A stretch of DNA of 64,000 bases, from positions 33,728,001-33,792,000 of the forward strand of contig NC_043001.1 in assembly GCF_006345805.1 (NCBI RefSeq), given 5' to 3'. Numbering within the stretch: the stretch's first letter is position 1; every line of letters begins with the position of its first letter. This stretch comes from Octopus sinensis. Lineage: Eukaryota. Under the pieces are notes generated by a model, which did no database searches, was not told where the DNA came from, and saw nothing but the letters and a program-made list of their open reading frames with translations. Position numbers and translations under genes: made by a program. Shown piece after piece: positions 29,220 through 41,763 of the stretch.

Positions 29220-29507
29220 CAGTGGTTCCGAAAGTGGGAAGCAATGTCCCCCTGGGGGCAGTGGAAAGATCCAGGGGGCATTGATTGAAAAATGGGGTGA
29301 TAATGGGGTAACCAAAACAGGGCAATGGATGTAAAAAAAAAAAAAAATAATGGGTTAATTAGGTTAAGTTTTACTTGTGAAATACTGTTGCTTTGAATTG
29401 GCTGCAGAAAATAGTCTATGCCTGTGGTGGTCAGTGGGGGGTGGGGCACTAGGAATGTAGCCTTAGAACCAACGGGGCAGCAGCCTGAAAAGGTTTGGGA
29501 ACCACTG
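29220..29507. mobile_element. hAT (Charlie-like) MITE, 288 bp
   Basis: TIRs CAGTGGTTCCGAAA / TTTGGGAACCACTG; 8-bp TSD ctatagag (29212-29219) / ctgtagag (29508-29515). Confidence 0.9.
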
Positions 29508-29515
29508 CTGTAGAG

Positions 29516-29830
29516 CACTATACCCTAAAACAGTCTGAAGAATTTCTTGAACTTTTATATGAAACAGATAAAGATGGAAATGTTTTGACTGTGGTCACTG
29601 AAAGTCTCTTTGCAAATGCCCCAGAAAATGAGCATAAAAATCTGGCACAAAAATCATCCAGATTACCAAGGAAAATACAAAGAAAGTTTTTGTTGAGATG
29701 TACAACTGAAAGTTTCATTGTGTACAAGGCAATCTATAACCTAGAAAGATAGGATGGATATAAGTTCATTCTCAGGTCCACATTTACAGCATTCTACATG
29801 TCTAATGTAGAGACAAAAAGCAAAAAAAAA
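29516..29830 (+). mobile_element. Penelope-like element RT remnant
   Basis: YTLKQSEEFLELL...VVTESLFANAPENE...LLRCTTE followed by SGP...FTAFYMSNVETK, matching PLE RT motifs DVESLFTNVP and GSPLGP..ANFYM..LE. Confidence 0.7.
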
Positions 29831-30019
29831 AAAAATCATTATTCTTCAGCACGACCATATTATATATATTTTTGTACATTAAAACCCAAGGTTTTTATCT
29901 GTTTAATAAATTATCTGTGCTGATGGCCAGGAAAAGCACACATACAGCACGTCTGTGTTGGCTCTATCTTGCCTTGGCTGACACTTGTAACCCAGTATGA
30001 CTTGGTAGTAAGAGAAAGG

Positions 30020-31050
30020 TTGCTTTTTGATTGTTTTATCATTTCTTTACAAGTATAATGAAAATTTATATCCTAATATAAAATCTATAGCATAATTAAT
30101 TCCCACATACTTATAGACTTCTATGAGGATACCGTTAACACCAAGAACTTTCCTGATTTTCAACTTATGAATGGTAGTTATTAGCTCTTCCATATTCAGC
30201 AAAATATCCAAATTAGGATCTTCCAGAATTTGTGGGATTCATCTCAGAATCTCATGAGAAATTGCTATGGGTCACTTCAGAAGCTCAATGAAATGTTTAC
30301 ACAAATGCTTCATGATCTCACTTTTCTCAGTGCAAAAATGTAAACCAGCCTTACCCCTCATTGGTGTGTTAACACTTTTCTAAAGAATGAACAACTCTCT
30401 CAGGCTAATGTAGAAGACTATTACATTGCAAGAATCAGCAAGGGCCTGAATTTTGCCCATTTTCTTGTCTGATCAATCTTTCAGATGATGCTGTTCCTTT
30501 TATTGCAAAGCATTTACATTTTAGTCAACTTTAGTTTGCTGTATAACTTGCCCTTTCAGAACTCCTTGATGGTACTTTTGTCTTTCAGATAGTAGCAAAT
30601 CAATCTTTACATCATTTCATCAGACGAATCAGTATGTTTGCTTTTGGGGAGGCCAACTGAGGTGGTGGCTGCTTTGTTTGACTGTTTCATACAACTGTGC
30701 TCAGTATGCATCAGCTGGTAAAACATCAATTGGTGCAGAATCAGGCTGCACTTTTAATTAGTTGGTCTGCTGACAATCAGTCATTTTGGCACAATTCTGT
30801 TGACTTTCTTGAACTCATATCTTCCAGAAACTTGTATATGATGCATAACAGATGATCAGTAAAGCAGTCAATACATCTTTATGGCATATGTCCAATTTGT
30901 ATTCACAATGGTCTCTTCATGTAAGTATATGGTCCAACAAATGTTATCTGTTCAACTGAAAATGACACCAGCTGTAAAAACCACTTTTCAAGAAGCTGGA
31001 AAGTTTGTTATAGTCAGATCATATTTGGTACATAGTTCAAGTAGGAGTTC
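30020..31050 (-). mobile_element. Heavily decayed RTE/BovB-like LINE ORF2 (endonuclease-RT linker)
   Basis: Minus frame with stops: ...NDVKIDLLLSERQKYHQ...KIQALADSCN...FYISLRELF...TEKSEIMKH...EELITTIHKLKIRKVLGVNGILIEVYKYVG (pre-RT K.PG.DGIP.E motif). Confidence 0.7.
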
Positions 31051-31959
31051 CCTACTGGAGTTGAGGTAAATTTTTTCCAGAATGACCCAGAGCTCAGTCC
31101 CATGTCTGGTAAATCCTACCCCACTCATCATCAACATCAACATCATTGTCATTTAATGTCTGTTCTCCATGCTGGCATGGGTTGGACAGTATTGCAGGAG
31201 CTGGCAAGCCAGAGGGCTACACCAAGCACCTGTTGTCTGACTTGGCATGGTTTCTAAGGCTGGATGTCCTTTCTAATGCCAACCACTTTACAGAGTGTAC
31301 TTGGTGCTTTTACAAGATGCTGGCATGGGTACTCTTTACATGGCACTAACACAGGTGCTCTTTATGTGATGCCAGTGTGGGTGCTTTTTACGTGGCACTG
31401 ACACCCAGTGAAATCACTGAAGGCAAGTGTCTACATAAATTATCATTAAACTCCTCCTCCTTATTCTGCTCGTTCGTCACTATAGGAGCATAACACTAAA
31501 AACAGTTACATTTTATTTTCCAGCTGGATCGAGTCCCACCTTCATTAACCTATTAAAACGCAATGACAGAAAGCAATCCTTATTTACAAATAACATGACA
31601 GTAAACACTCAAAATGTAAACTAATGCATTTACATACTTACAGACAATTAATGTCAACTTAGATATAAAATAGAACCAGCTATCACCAGCAAACAAGTAT
31701 TGCATGGTAATACGTACCATGCTTTCACTAATTGTTTTAGGTGCCTATGTAATTATGAACAGTCACAGACATCCTCTCAGCTCACTCTTTGACCCAGAAT
31801 CACATCCAAGAATGTGATGGATAGAAGGAGACAGAACAGGGGCACCAACAATCAGCAGGTATTCATTTTCAGCTGAGTAGACTAAAGTAACACGAAACAA
31901 ACTACCTTGTCCAAGGATACAATGTATCAGATTACTCATAACATTATGATTGTGAGTCA

Positions 31960-32560
31960 AACACCGTAATGACTAACTCACATGCCCTCACAGATATAAA
32001 ATACCTGTAGGCAAATCTCCTCTTAGACAAGCTTTCATAATTTCAAAAACTAAAGAAGCTCTAAATGAGGAAAACAAGCCTTAGTTAATTACAGGTACCC
32101 CAACAGATAGGTCACACCATAGAACACTATAACTAACTCATTTACATTGATATAACAGATGTAGCATCCTACAAAAGTATTCATACTATGCATATCATAT
32201 ACTACAAGAACAAATACACTCTGGTTATGGAGACAGATACAGGTATCACACCAAACCACAAACTCATTGTTAGAATATATTACAAAAACACAAAAATGAA
32301 CACCTCTACCTTAACACAAGATTTCAAGCCAACAAATCACAGAATTGTTCAAATAACTGATATAATCTGTGAATTCTAATGCAAACATTAAAGTTGTAAA
32401 CTTCATGACCCAAACGGCTACATTGGTTATAGACGTATAACACTTCCTATCAATTCCAACAAGGAGCCATTACAACACATTACAATACAGAACATGCAAC
32501 AAAAATCAATAGAAAAAGAACTGTCAACAATACTAGACAGATACCCTCTCAATTCTCCCA
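31960..32560 (+). mobile_element. Decayed I/Jockey-type LINE, RT C-terminal region
   Basis: DIKYL*...LDKLS motif and ...YKNKYTLVMETDTGITP..., A/C-rich sense strand, many stops. Confidence 0.4.
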
Positions 32561-33460
32561 CCCTGTGACCCATGTAAGCCATACCATCATTACTATTACT
32601 ACTACTATCCTACAGCTCTCTTTCACTCTCTTCTGTATCCCTTTACCTTCCTCAACTCCTGCATTATTGGTCAACCATTACTCCCTACATCCACCCTTCA
32701 ACCCTACCCAATCTTTACAGTTGTTGCCTACCTTCAGTCTTCTTTTCTTTTGCTCCCCCATACACTCTTGCAAATCCTCATCCACTCACACTCGGAGTTC
32801 TTAGTCATAATTCACTTCTACTCACCTCAGACCCTGAGGAGCCAACTGGACTTGCAATGCCTACTGATGATTCTTCTCACACTCTCTTCTATATGCGAGT
32901 AATTATGCAGCTCCTCTACGAGAACCTACTTGCCCCTCATGCCCTTCCCTTTTTTAAAAATATTTTAGCCCTTCATCTCTTTGCATAAAGCTATCCAACC
33001 CCCGCCCAAGGTTTTGTAGTCTGTGAGCTGCAAGGTAATACCAATAATCTTGGTAACATGAAAAAAAAAGCACCTGGTACATGTTATGGAGTGGCTGGCA
33101 TTAGGAAAGATACCCAACCATAAAAACAATGCCAAAGCAGGTACTGGCTCACACTGCAGTCCTTGGATTTATCAGATCCAGTCAAACAATCCTACTCATA
33201 CCAGTATAGAACCGTTAAATGATGATGATGTTGATGATGATGATAGTCTGCTTGTTGATTGGTGCCAGCTGCAAATACCATAAACAACTCACGCCATTTG
33301 GCAAAGAGCACCATTTTGAACTTCTTGCCTGTAGCTAAGTACACAAACACACACATACTTATCCCAGTTACTCCCACCTATGCATCTATGATATGAAGAG
33401 CCATGTAGCTCTTCTACAGCAAGAAATCTGTTCTGTCCTAGCTCCTTCTTTCATACTTTA

Positions 33461-33520
33461 ACCACTCATCTCCCAGTATCACCACTCATCTCCTAGCATC
33501 ACCACTCATCTCCTAGCATC
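33461..33520. repeat. 20-bp tandem repeat x3 (accactcatctcctagcatc)
   Basis: Directly visible; first unit has 2 substitutions. Confidence 0.95.
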
Positions 33521-33944
33521 CCTCTCTCTGTTTTAGCCCCATTTAAGTTGAAGGTGATCTTAGTTTTGCAAGTTGCATATTGACATCAATAGTACTGGTA
33601 CTTTAGAAATAATAAAAAAGCAACCAGTACACTTTACAAAATGGTTGGTGTGAAGACGGACACCCAACCATAAAAACTATGCAAAAGCAGACGCTGGAAC
33701 ATGATACTGACCTCAGACCCATTGGATCCTATCTAACTGTTCAACTTATGTCACCATGAAAGATTAACATTAAAAGACAATGATGATAACACACACACAC
33801 ACACACACACACAGAATGAGAAAAGAGTGGGTAGACAGTCACTGGTAAGAATGTTTACACTAAGAAATAATGCTAACACCAGGATGAATACAAAGAAAGA
33901 TTTCCGATCGTTTAGCATGACAAATTCATATCACTTACATTATA

Positions 33945-33971
33945 TACATACATGCATATATATACATATAT

Positions 33972-34021
<50 letters not shown>

Positions 34022-34091
34022 CATATATATATATATATACATATATAATATACATATATATATATATATACATATATATATACATACATAC

Positions 34092-34126
<35 letters not shown>

Positions 34127-34156
34127 ATATACATATATATATACATACATATATAT

Positions 34157-34232
<76 letters not shown>

Positions 34233-34287
34233 GTACATATATATATATATACATATATATATTATATGTACATATATATATATGTAC

Positions 34288-34328
<41 letters not shown>

Positions 34329-34409
34329 CTATATATATATATACATATATATACATAGATATATATGTACATATATATATACATATATATATATGTACAT
34401 ATATATATG

Positions 34410-34445
<36 letters not shown>

Positions 34446-34446
34446 A
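33945..34446. repeat. ~500-bp compound (AT)n microsatellite punctuated by AC/GT
   Basis: Directly visible; source of the spurious YI-repeat ORFs of 131-231 aa. Confidence 0.97.
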
Positions 34447-34674
34447 TTTATAACTGGTGTTGGCACACTTGTAAAGAACCAAATACACACACACACACAC
34501 CAATAATCTTACAGATACACATACATTCACAAGAATGTCAAGAGACATATATACATATATATATACATACATGTACATATATATACACACACGTGTGTGT
34601 GTGTATGTATACATGCACACAAATACAACACACATATAAATACTACATACACACTCTTACATAAATATATAAAT

Positions 34675-34713
<39 letters not shown>

Positions 34714-34839
34714 CATAGCCACACAGAAACACATATGTGCATACATTTATGTACACAAATACTTCAATACATAAACACACACACTTATACACATGTATAC
34801 ATATGCTTCACATTGTGCACAAATAAATGTTATAACACA

Positions 34840-36140
34840 CAACACACGCTCACGCAGAAATAACCATAGAAACAAGCATTTGTGATTATAGGGATTTACG
34901 AAGATATAAATACATAGATAATCATTCACACATATGCTTATTCCTAATAAAATGCACACAGATAAACCAATCATTAACACATATGTACATATTGCTTACT
35001 CACATACATATTTTCCAGTCGCGTGTTTCCATTCTTCTGCTGCCTGTGCACATAGTAATAATGATATGTGCACACACATTGTTAACCACTTATGCATAAA
35101 GTAACAAAATATTTTCATAAATAGACACAAAAGTATTCGATGCACACGAAAAATCACACACACACACACACACAAGAATTAATATTTATGCAGACATACA
35201 CATCTGTATACAAGCATGTGCACTAACAGGGTGGGAAAGGGAGTGTACGAGAAAGAGAGAGAGTGTGGAGAAAGAGTAGTTGAATGAGATCTATAATCGC
35301 AGACAACAAAACACGTGGAAAAAGAACACGGATACAAAAACCTATCACAGACATAAAAAGAAATTCTACACAATCAGATTAAAAAAAAAAAAAACATCAA
35401 TAAAACCAATAATGCAGCCTACTGATACAGACAACAGAGAAGAAAGAGAAAAATGGCAAACCTTTCTGTTGTTATTATGGCCACTGTATGTAAAAACCAT
35501 TCTCGAAATGTATTATCCTAGAGTGTGATACACCTCCCCTTTGTTACAATAGGTGTGCATAGAGAGAACAAGAAATAGTCGTGTGTGTGTATATGTATAT
35601 GTATTTATATGTTCTGAGTAGGTATAATATATTTATATGTATATATATATATTTAATTAGTAAGGTAGAAATATGTGTACGTATACCATCTATATATTGT
35701 CATTAGTTTTCAGCTCACCTTTTCTGCACGTTCTAAAGCAGCTTCATGTTTTGTTAACAACATGCTAGTTAACACAAGCCGAGCAAGACTCAGGAGCTCA
35801 TACATACTCCGCCAGGAAGTTGACTGTTGCTATAGCAGTGTAATTTATCCTCAACCCAGTGAGCAAGCTGTTGTTAATGGATTGAATACACTGGAAAGCC
35901 AGCTGTAATAGTAAACTCTCTGTATTTCCAGCTTGTAACAATGAAGCAATGAACTGTATATAAATCAGCTCAGTTTTAGTGATGGAGACACATGGTATAG
36001 GTAGGTCTATGGCACTAGGTGTATGCTTCGGTTTTAAACAGTGTGTATTTTAATTAGATATGATAATAACAAATGGGGGAGGAATGATGAAGCAGAAAGA
36101 AAGAGTGAGCAAAATATATAGTATGTATGTGTGTGTGTAT

Positions 36141-36179
<39 letters not shown>

Positions 36180-36305
36180 TATACTATATTTGTTATATAT
36201 ATATAGTATATATATATTGTTATATATATACTATATATATATACTATATTTGTTCCACGTCCTCGTGTTGTGTTTTTTTGTACTTTCTTGTTTGGATTAA
36301 CTTTA

Positions 36306-36351
<46 letters not shown>

Positions 36352-36900
36352 CATCTGTAGATGTGTGTGTGTGTGTGTGTGTGTGAAGAGTTATGTTATA
36401 AATCAGTTTATAAAAATGAATTCAGGCAGTATGAAAGGTGGTAGTAGTGTGTTCTTTGAATAGGAAACAGGAGAAAATAAATATGAAAATAAACAAAGGA
36501 AAAGTGAGGCTAAAGTATTTCCAAAGTAAAAGAGTAAGAGGCAGGCACGCTGAAGACAAACAGTTAGCAACAAGCAGTATTATCACGGACTACAGTTGAA
36601 AACGGTCAGATAAACACCAACCATCAATTGCAATAATATCAAGTAAATAGGCAGGCTCTAGCAACTGTCAGTAGGCATTTCTTTTTGTTATTCCAAATCA
36701 CAGGTTTCACTTTTTCACAACAGTAACATCTTACAGCAAATCTTAACATCCTTTGCTTTCTTAATCCACAGCTTCACTAATTAAATTTCTCTCCGTCTTC
36801 CTTTTTTTTTTTTTTCCTCTCCGCCACTCTGGTAGGTGGGGGTTGATTGATACGCGTTAAATCTTTCCCCAGTCTTACAAATTGACAGGAGTCTTTTTTT
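34840..36900 (-). promoter_or_regulatory. CpG-retaining, promoter/first-intron-like region around the candidate exon
   Basis: By eye, CpGs (gtcgcg, tacgcg, ccgcc, acacgtgg, atcgcag, acacgga) are denser than in CpG-depleted flanks and lie outside recognisable SINEs; possible non-coding-exon donors GTAAGA at 36734 and 36878. Not quantified. Confidence 0.3.
35719..35805 (-). CDS. Candidate first coding exon MYELLSLARLVLTSMLLTKHEAALERAEK (or 111-nt cassette exon 35829-35719, QQSTSWRSMYELL...)
   Basis: ATG with A at -3 (cggagtATG), in-frame TAG upstream, strong phase-0 donor AAG|GTGAGC at 35719/35718; upstream acceptors at 35904-35903 (tattacAG) and 35831-35830 (ctgctatAG). Unique, non-repeat, codon-like sequence. 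Confidence 0.45.
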
Positions 36901-37756
36901 TTTTTTTACAATTGCTTCTAGTGTTCACTTAGTTTGGCCTTGGTGTTATGATAGAGAAAACAATTGAATACAGCCTCAAAATAAGCCATACAAAGTCAGT
37001 GATGTAATACCAAGACCACACTACACAGAGTACAAAAAAAAAGTGAAATACCAAATTAAATTTAGTAGCTGGACAAAAGAAAAAAAAAAGTATAGCAGTT
37101 AATGAGCTCAAGTTCAAATGTAGGTATACACACAATGTGAATGTTTCTTAAACTGGGTTTGGTCATAGAAAATATTGATCAAGAGATGACAGAGCCAATT
37201 ACAGATTATCCTATTATCGTCCACTTGCTTAGTGTACTAGAATGCTGGAGATTTAATAATAATTTTATACAGTGACTTACAGCAAGTGGATAAAATAGAA
37301 AAAAAAAATGAAACAATGCAGCTATATTAACAATAGCCAGCTGAGGAAACAAAAGGATGAACTATCTAAGCATGTCAAGCCCTGCTATATTATTAATAAA
37401 TAAATTACTTAGATAATTTTTATATTATAGTAGATTGACATACTTTTATATTTTTCTTCCCCCAAGAGCAAATAAAGCTTCATATGTATTATGAATATGG
37501 ATAGACTGAGTTTTAAAATCTCCTTTCGAAAAAGATAGCTACCGAGATAATCACTATGGTAACTAGGTATGTGTGCAGGCATGGCTGTATGGTTAAGAAG
37601 CTCACTTTGCAAACATGTGGTAGCAGGTTCAATACTACTGTACAGAACCTTGTGCACTGGGTTGACCAATACACACCAAATGGAATTTGATAGACAGAAA
37701 CCGTGCAAAAGTCCGTAACATATATGTATATATATATATATATGTATGTATGTATG

Positions 37757-37787
<31 letters not shown>

Positions 37788-38792
37788 TGGTAAACAATAT
37801 AAAACAAAAAAAAGAAACTGAATGACACTCCTGGCAATATTTGTTGGGTATTGAGCTAAAGACACTCCCTTGTCTCTCTTACTAAAAAAATTGCAATGAA
37901 GCAATAATTAGCTTATTGGAAACTTGTAACCAGTCTTACTCATTCGCAAACTCATATATAAAATATAAAATAAATAATTACAAAAATGGTTTTATACAAT
38001 TTTTTTTCTTTCACAATTCCAAAGTGATACAATATAGCAAATTCAACCTATCTAAACTAGCAAGGAAGAGGGAAAAAATATTAAAATTACAAGAGTTACA
38101 CTGTTTTACTACTGCATTAAGATCAACTAATTAACAATTTAATATATTTCATTCTTTTAAAAACTGTTTTGCTATACAATACATCAATCTGATCACACTT
38201 GTTTTCTCGTTTCTTTAGACTGTTTTTATAGCAAGTTGAATGAGTAGAAGTTGCGTGCCCCTAACTCAAGCCTACAGTATTTCTTTGAGAGAAAAACATT
38301 ATGAATGGTCTCCCACGACATCCTCACAGAACAGTGTAGCTGACTCAGAGGTGGAAAAAGAAAGAGATGGGTGGGGAGAAAGAGACTGACACAGTACTTG
38401 ATTGGCACTTTATTTATTGACCCCAGAAGGAAGAAAGGTAAAATTAACTCCAGCAGGATTTGAAAGATAAATCTAATAAATCAATTAAACACACTATTTT
38501 GAGTGCCAACTATTACATTTAGTGTTGTAGTATATTCTACATATCTAGCTATTTGTACCATGCTGAACTGATAAATAAACCCTATTTTCTTTGTGTTCAC
38601 TTGACATTAGCATAAGCTGCATAAATTTTACGGATTTTTTTATTTAGGGTGAGAGGAAAAGGTGATGCCAATACTGGTAATAGTAATTATTGTGATGTTA
38701 GCAGTGTTGTTGACAGTGGTGATAATGATAGGGGCAACTAATGGTGAAGGTAATATTGGTTGCAGATAGTGATAAAAGTAGCAGTAATATTG

Positions 38793-38888
38793 TGATAGAA
38801 TTCATGATGGAGATGGTGATAGAATTCGTGATGGGGATGGTGATAGAATTCGTGATGGGGATGGTGATAGAATTTGTGATGGGGATGG
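38793..38888. repeat. 24-bp minisatellite x4 (tgatagaattcgtgatggggatgg) within a decayed GAT/GGT tract
   Basis: Units start at 38793, 38817, 38841 and 38865. Confidence 0.95.
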
Positions 38889-41447
38889 TGACTATAGGTA
38901 AGGTTTTGATGATAGTGGTAGCAGAAATTATGGCAATGGTGATGGTGGTGATGGTGATTACACTATAGCAAGAATTTAAATTCTTTATTGAGAGAGATTT
39001 TAAAATGTTATAACTATTACGACCTTTAAGTTTAAAAGCTACAGACTTACTCTTTCATATATTCTGCTTATTATATTAATGAAGAACAACAATAAAAATA
39101 ATTTATTTTGACTAGGCACAATACCAACTTATGCAAAAGTGAGGCATTAAATAAATTGTCAACACTACTATTTTATCAATTTTGAAGAGCTGAAGCACAA
39201 AGTCAATCCATCGGTATTTAAACTTTTGTAAACAAGGCAAAACTAAATGCTATAAGACAATTAATCTGACAGCCCATCATATCTGCCAACACATTGCCAT
39301 AATACAGAATTCTTACATAAAGTGGAACAAACTGACTTACAGTATATTCATCATCATCATCATAATCATCGTTTAATGTCCATGTTCCATTCTGACATAC
39401 GTTGTATAGTTTGACAGGATCTGAGGGGCTCAAGGTCTGCATTGTACTCCAGTGTTTACATTGGCATGGTTTCTATAGCTTGATGACCATTGCTAGTAAT
39501 TGTTTTATTGAATCCAATGGTATTTCAACACAGAATATAAATAGATATAACAAAATAGTGCAAAGAATTTAATCCTACATTCTCTAATGCTTTACATGTC
39601 ACCAAAAGAAGAGACAATAGTTGTTTTGAACTAGTGACCACAGTATTGAAACTGGATACAAAACACTGAAAACTCTTTTATCAATAGTAATGATTTGTTT
39701 ATTAAATTTCTATTGTTTCTTAATTTTAAAAAAAATATACTTTCATCAGTAAAACCAAACAAAATATCACAAAGGACATTATATGTAAGGTTTGTTTTAT
39801 TTTATCTTCCTCTTTCATTAATTTTAGTTTCAAAATAAAAAGCAAAAGTTTTGCAGACAGAAATAGAATGGTAATAAAAATAACAGTCCATTTTTTTTTT
39901 TCTATTATTCTTTCAAAACTTTTCTCTCTCTCTCTTTTTTACTATAACCCACTTTTTGACAAATCCTACCAGGACTCAACTTTTTAATAATAACCAAAAG
40001 TCAGTCTTGTTTAATGTAGGGAAATTTAAATCTAATCAAAACAAACTAGTATTAATCTGAAAAAAATTTCTTGAATTTTTTTTTTTTTAGATTATTACTA
40101 AGCCAACAATATTATTAAACAGAACAGACATTACCTGATTGTAAGAAGCAACTAACAATTATTAACTAGGAAGATATTTAAGCATCACTTACTTCCTTAA
40201 AGTCCATAGAATAATATATGATAGTTAGGTGCTTTGACATATCTTGTTTCTTAGATACCTTATAATATCCTAGCAATAGATCAATTCCATCACATGTTGC
40301 TTCCGCATTATTTATAAGTTTAAGCAAACAAAACAAATGGGTTACTAAAATTTCAGTATTACAGAAATACCACTTACAAATATAATCAGCCAAAAATTCT
40401 TCAAAGCAGATTGATTGGAAAGTTAAAGAAAATAATGGTTTTTGATTTAGGTACAAGGTCAGCAATTTTAAGGAGGATGGGGTTAGTTGATACTCTTGAC
40501 AGTTGATGATAGCTTCTACCCAGCTCAAGGACTTGACTGGTCATCCCATGAAGGCATGAATGAAGTTTTGAAGGCTGATCTGAAAACACGGAACCTTACA
40601 AAGGAGATGACAGAAGACTGAGATATGTGGCATACTGCTGTATTTGAGAAGACCTGCCCATCACAACACAGTTGGGATCCTAAGACCAAGGTGACATAAA
40701 AAGCACTGGTGCTGGTGCCACCTGTGGAGTGGTTGGCATTAGGAAGGGCATCCAGCCATTGAAACCAAGTCAAAACAGACTATGAACCCTGCTGCAGCCC
40801 TTGGCCTTACCAGTTCTTGTCAAGCCGTCCATCCATGCCAGTATGAAAAGTGGATGTTAAATGATGATGATGATGATGAATCTCAGTGGGAACTGAAACT
40901 CAGTATGTAAATGGATGGAAGAAATACCACAAAGCATTTTGTCTGACACACTAATGATTCACCCAAACTTCTGCTATGAAGTTAAAGCAAATAAATATCA
41001 GAGTAGAACAGCTCTAGATACAACAATTTCTGTTACAATAACAAGAAATATGATTAAATTTTTACAAGTATGGTGTGATATAAAAAAAAAAACCCACGTC
41101 ATGATCTGAGAATCAACTGAAGGAGAACTAACCAAAGATTAGAAGACTAATGAGAAAATAATAAATATTTGATTGATGGTCATGGGAGCAGTGAGAGTAA
41201 TGACTAACGTGTAAAAATATTTTGATAAATGTATACAGCACAGAACACAAACAATAAAAAAAAAAGTTAGAGATCAGTTGAAAATTTGGAGATGACTCAT
41301 AACTGAATACATAGATTAGCCTCAAAGAAGCCACATCCTGTTACTGTTGTTGTTAAGCTCCAAATCAAGCAGATTGCTGTGATCATTCATTTTCAGTTAC
41401 AGTGTATGAAAGACAACCTCATCCAATAAAGAAAACAAGGGTTGTAT

Positions 41448-41763
41448 CATCATCATCATCATCATCATTGTTTAACGTCCGTTTTCCGCGCTAGCACAGG
41501 TTGGACGGTTCGACCGGCGTCTGGGAAGCCAGGGGCTGCTCCAGGCTCCAGTCTAATCTGGCAGAGTTTCTACGGCTGGATGCCCTTCCTAACGCCAACC
41601 ACTCCGCGAGTGTAGTGGGTGCTTTTTACGTGCCACCTGCACAGGTGCCAGGGGGGGGGTCCGGCATCGGCCACGATCGGTTGGAGCTTTTAACGTGCCA
41701 GCGGCACGGAAGCCAGCCAAGGTGGCGCTGGCAACGTTCAGATGGTGCTTTTTATGTGCCACC
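41448..41763 (-). mobile_element. RTE-tail retroposon (family C), young, (GAT)n tail
   Basis: 8-bp TSD ggttgtat at 41440-41447 and 41764-41771; shares aggaagggcatccagc and the subrepeats with the 3' UTR of the RTE at 47105-47460. Confidence 0.9.

Noticed and set aside
33461-33520. Short direct repeats as a possible CRISPR-like array
   Set aside because: Contiguous units without spacers in a eukaryotic intron; an ordinary minisatellite.
33912-34742. Long ORFs (131-231 aa) of YI/VY/TH repeats
   Set aside because: Translations of the (AT)n/(AC)n microsatellite; no coding signal. The same applies to the CV/HT ORFs at about 1.6, 5.0, 16.0, 36.1 and 58.1-58.6 kb.
38226-38408. Strong polypyrimidine tract plus AG followed by a short ORF
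   Set aside because: The tract is the tail of an adjacent SINE B copy, and the ORF has no recognisable content.
38741-38968. ORF with MVIEFVMG repeats (other frames: GDRIRDGD, SPSPSRIL)
   Set aside because: Product of the 24-bp minisatellite; flanking stops and no splice sites.
39051-39063. 13-nt segment between an AG and a consensus GTAAGT
   Set aside because: Not a multiple of 3, contains TGA in phase 0 and has a weak pyrimidine tract; likely chance, although a poison exon cannot be excluded.
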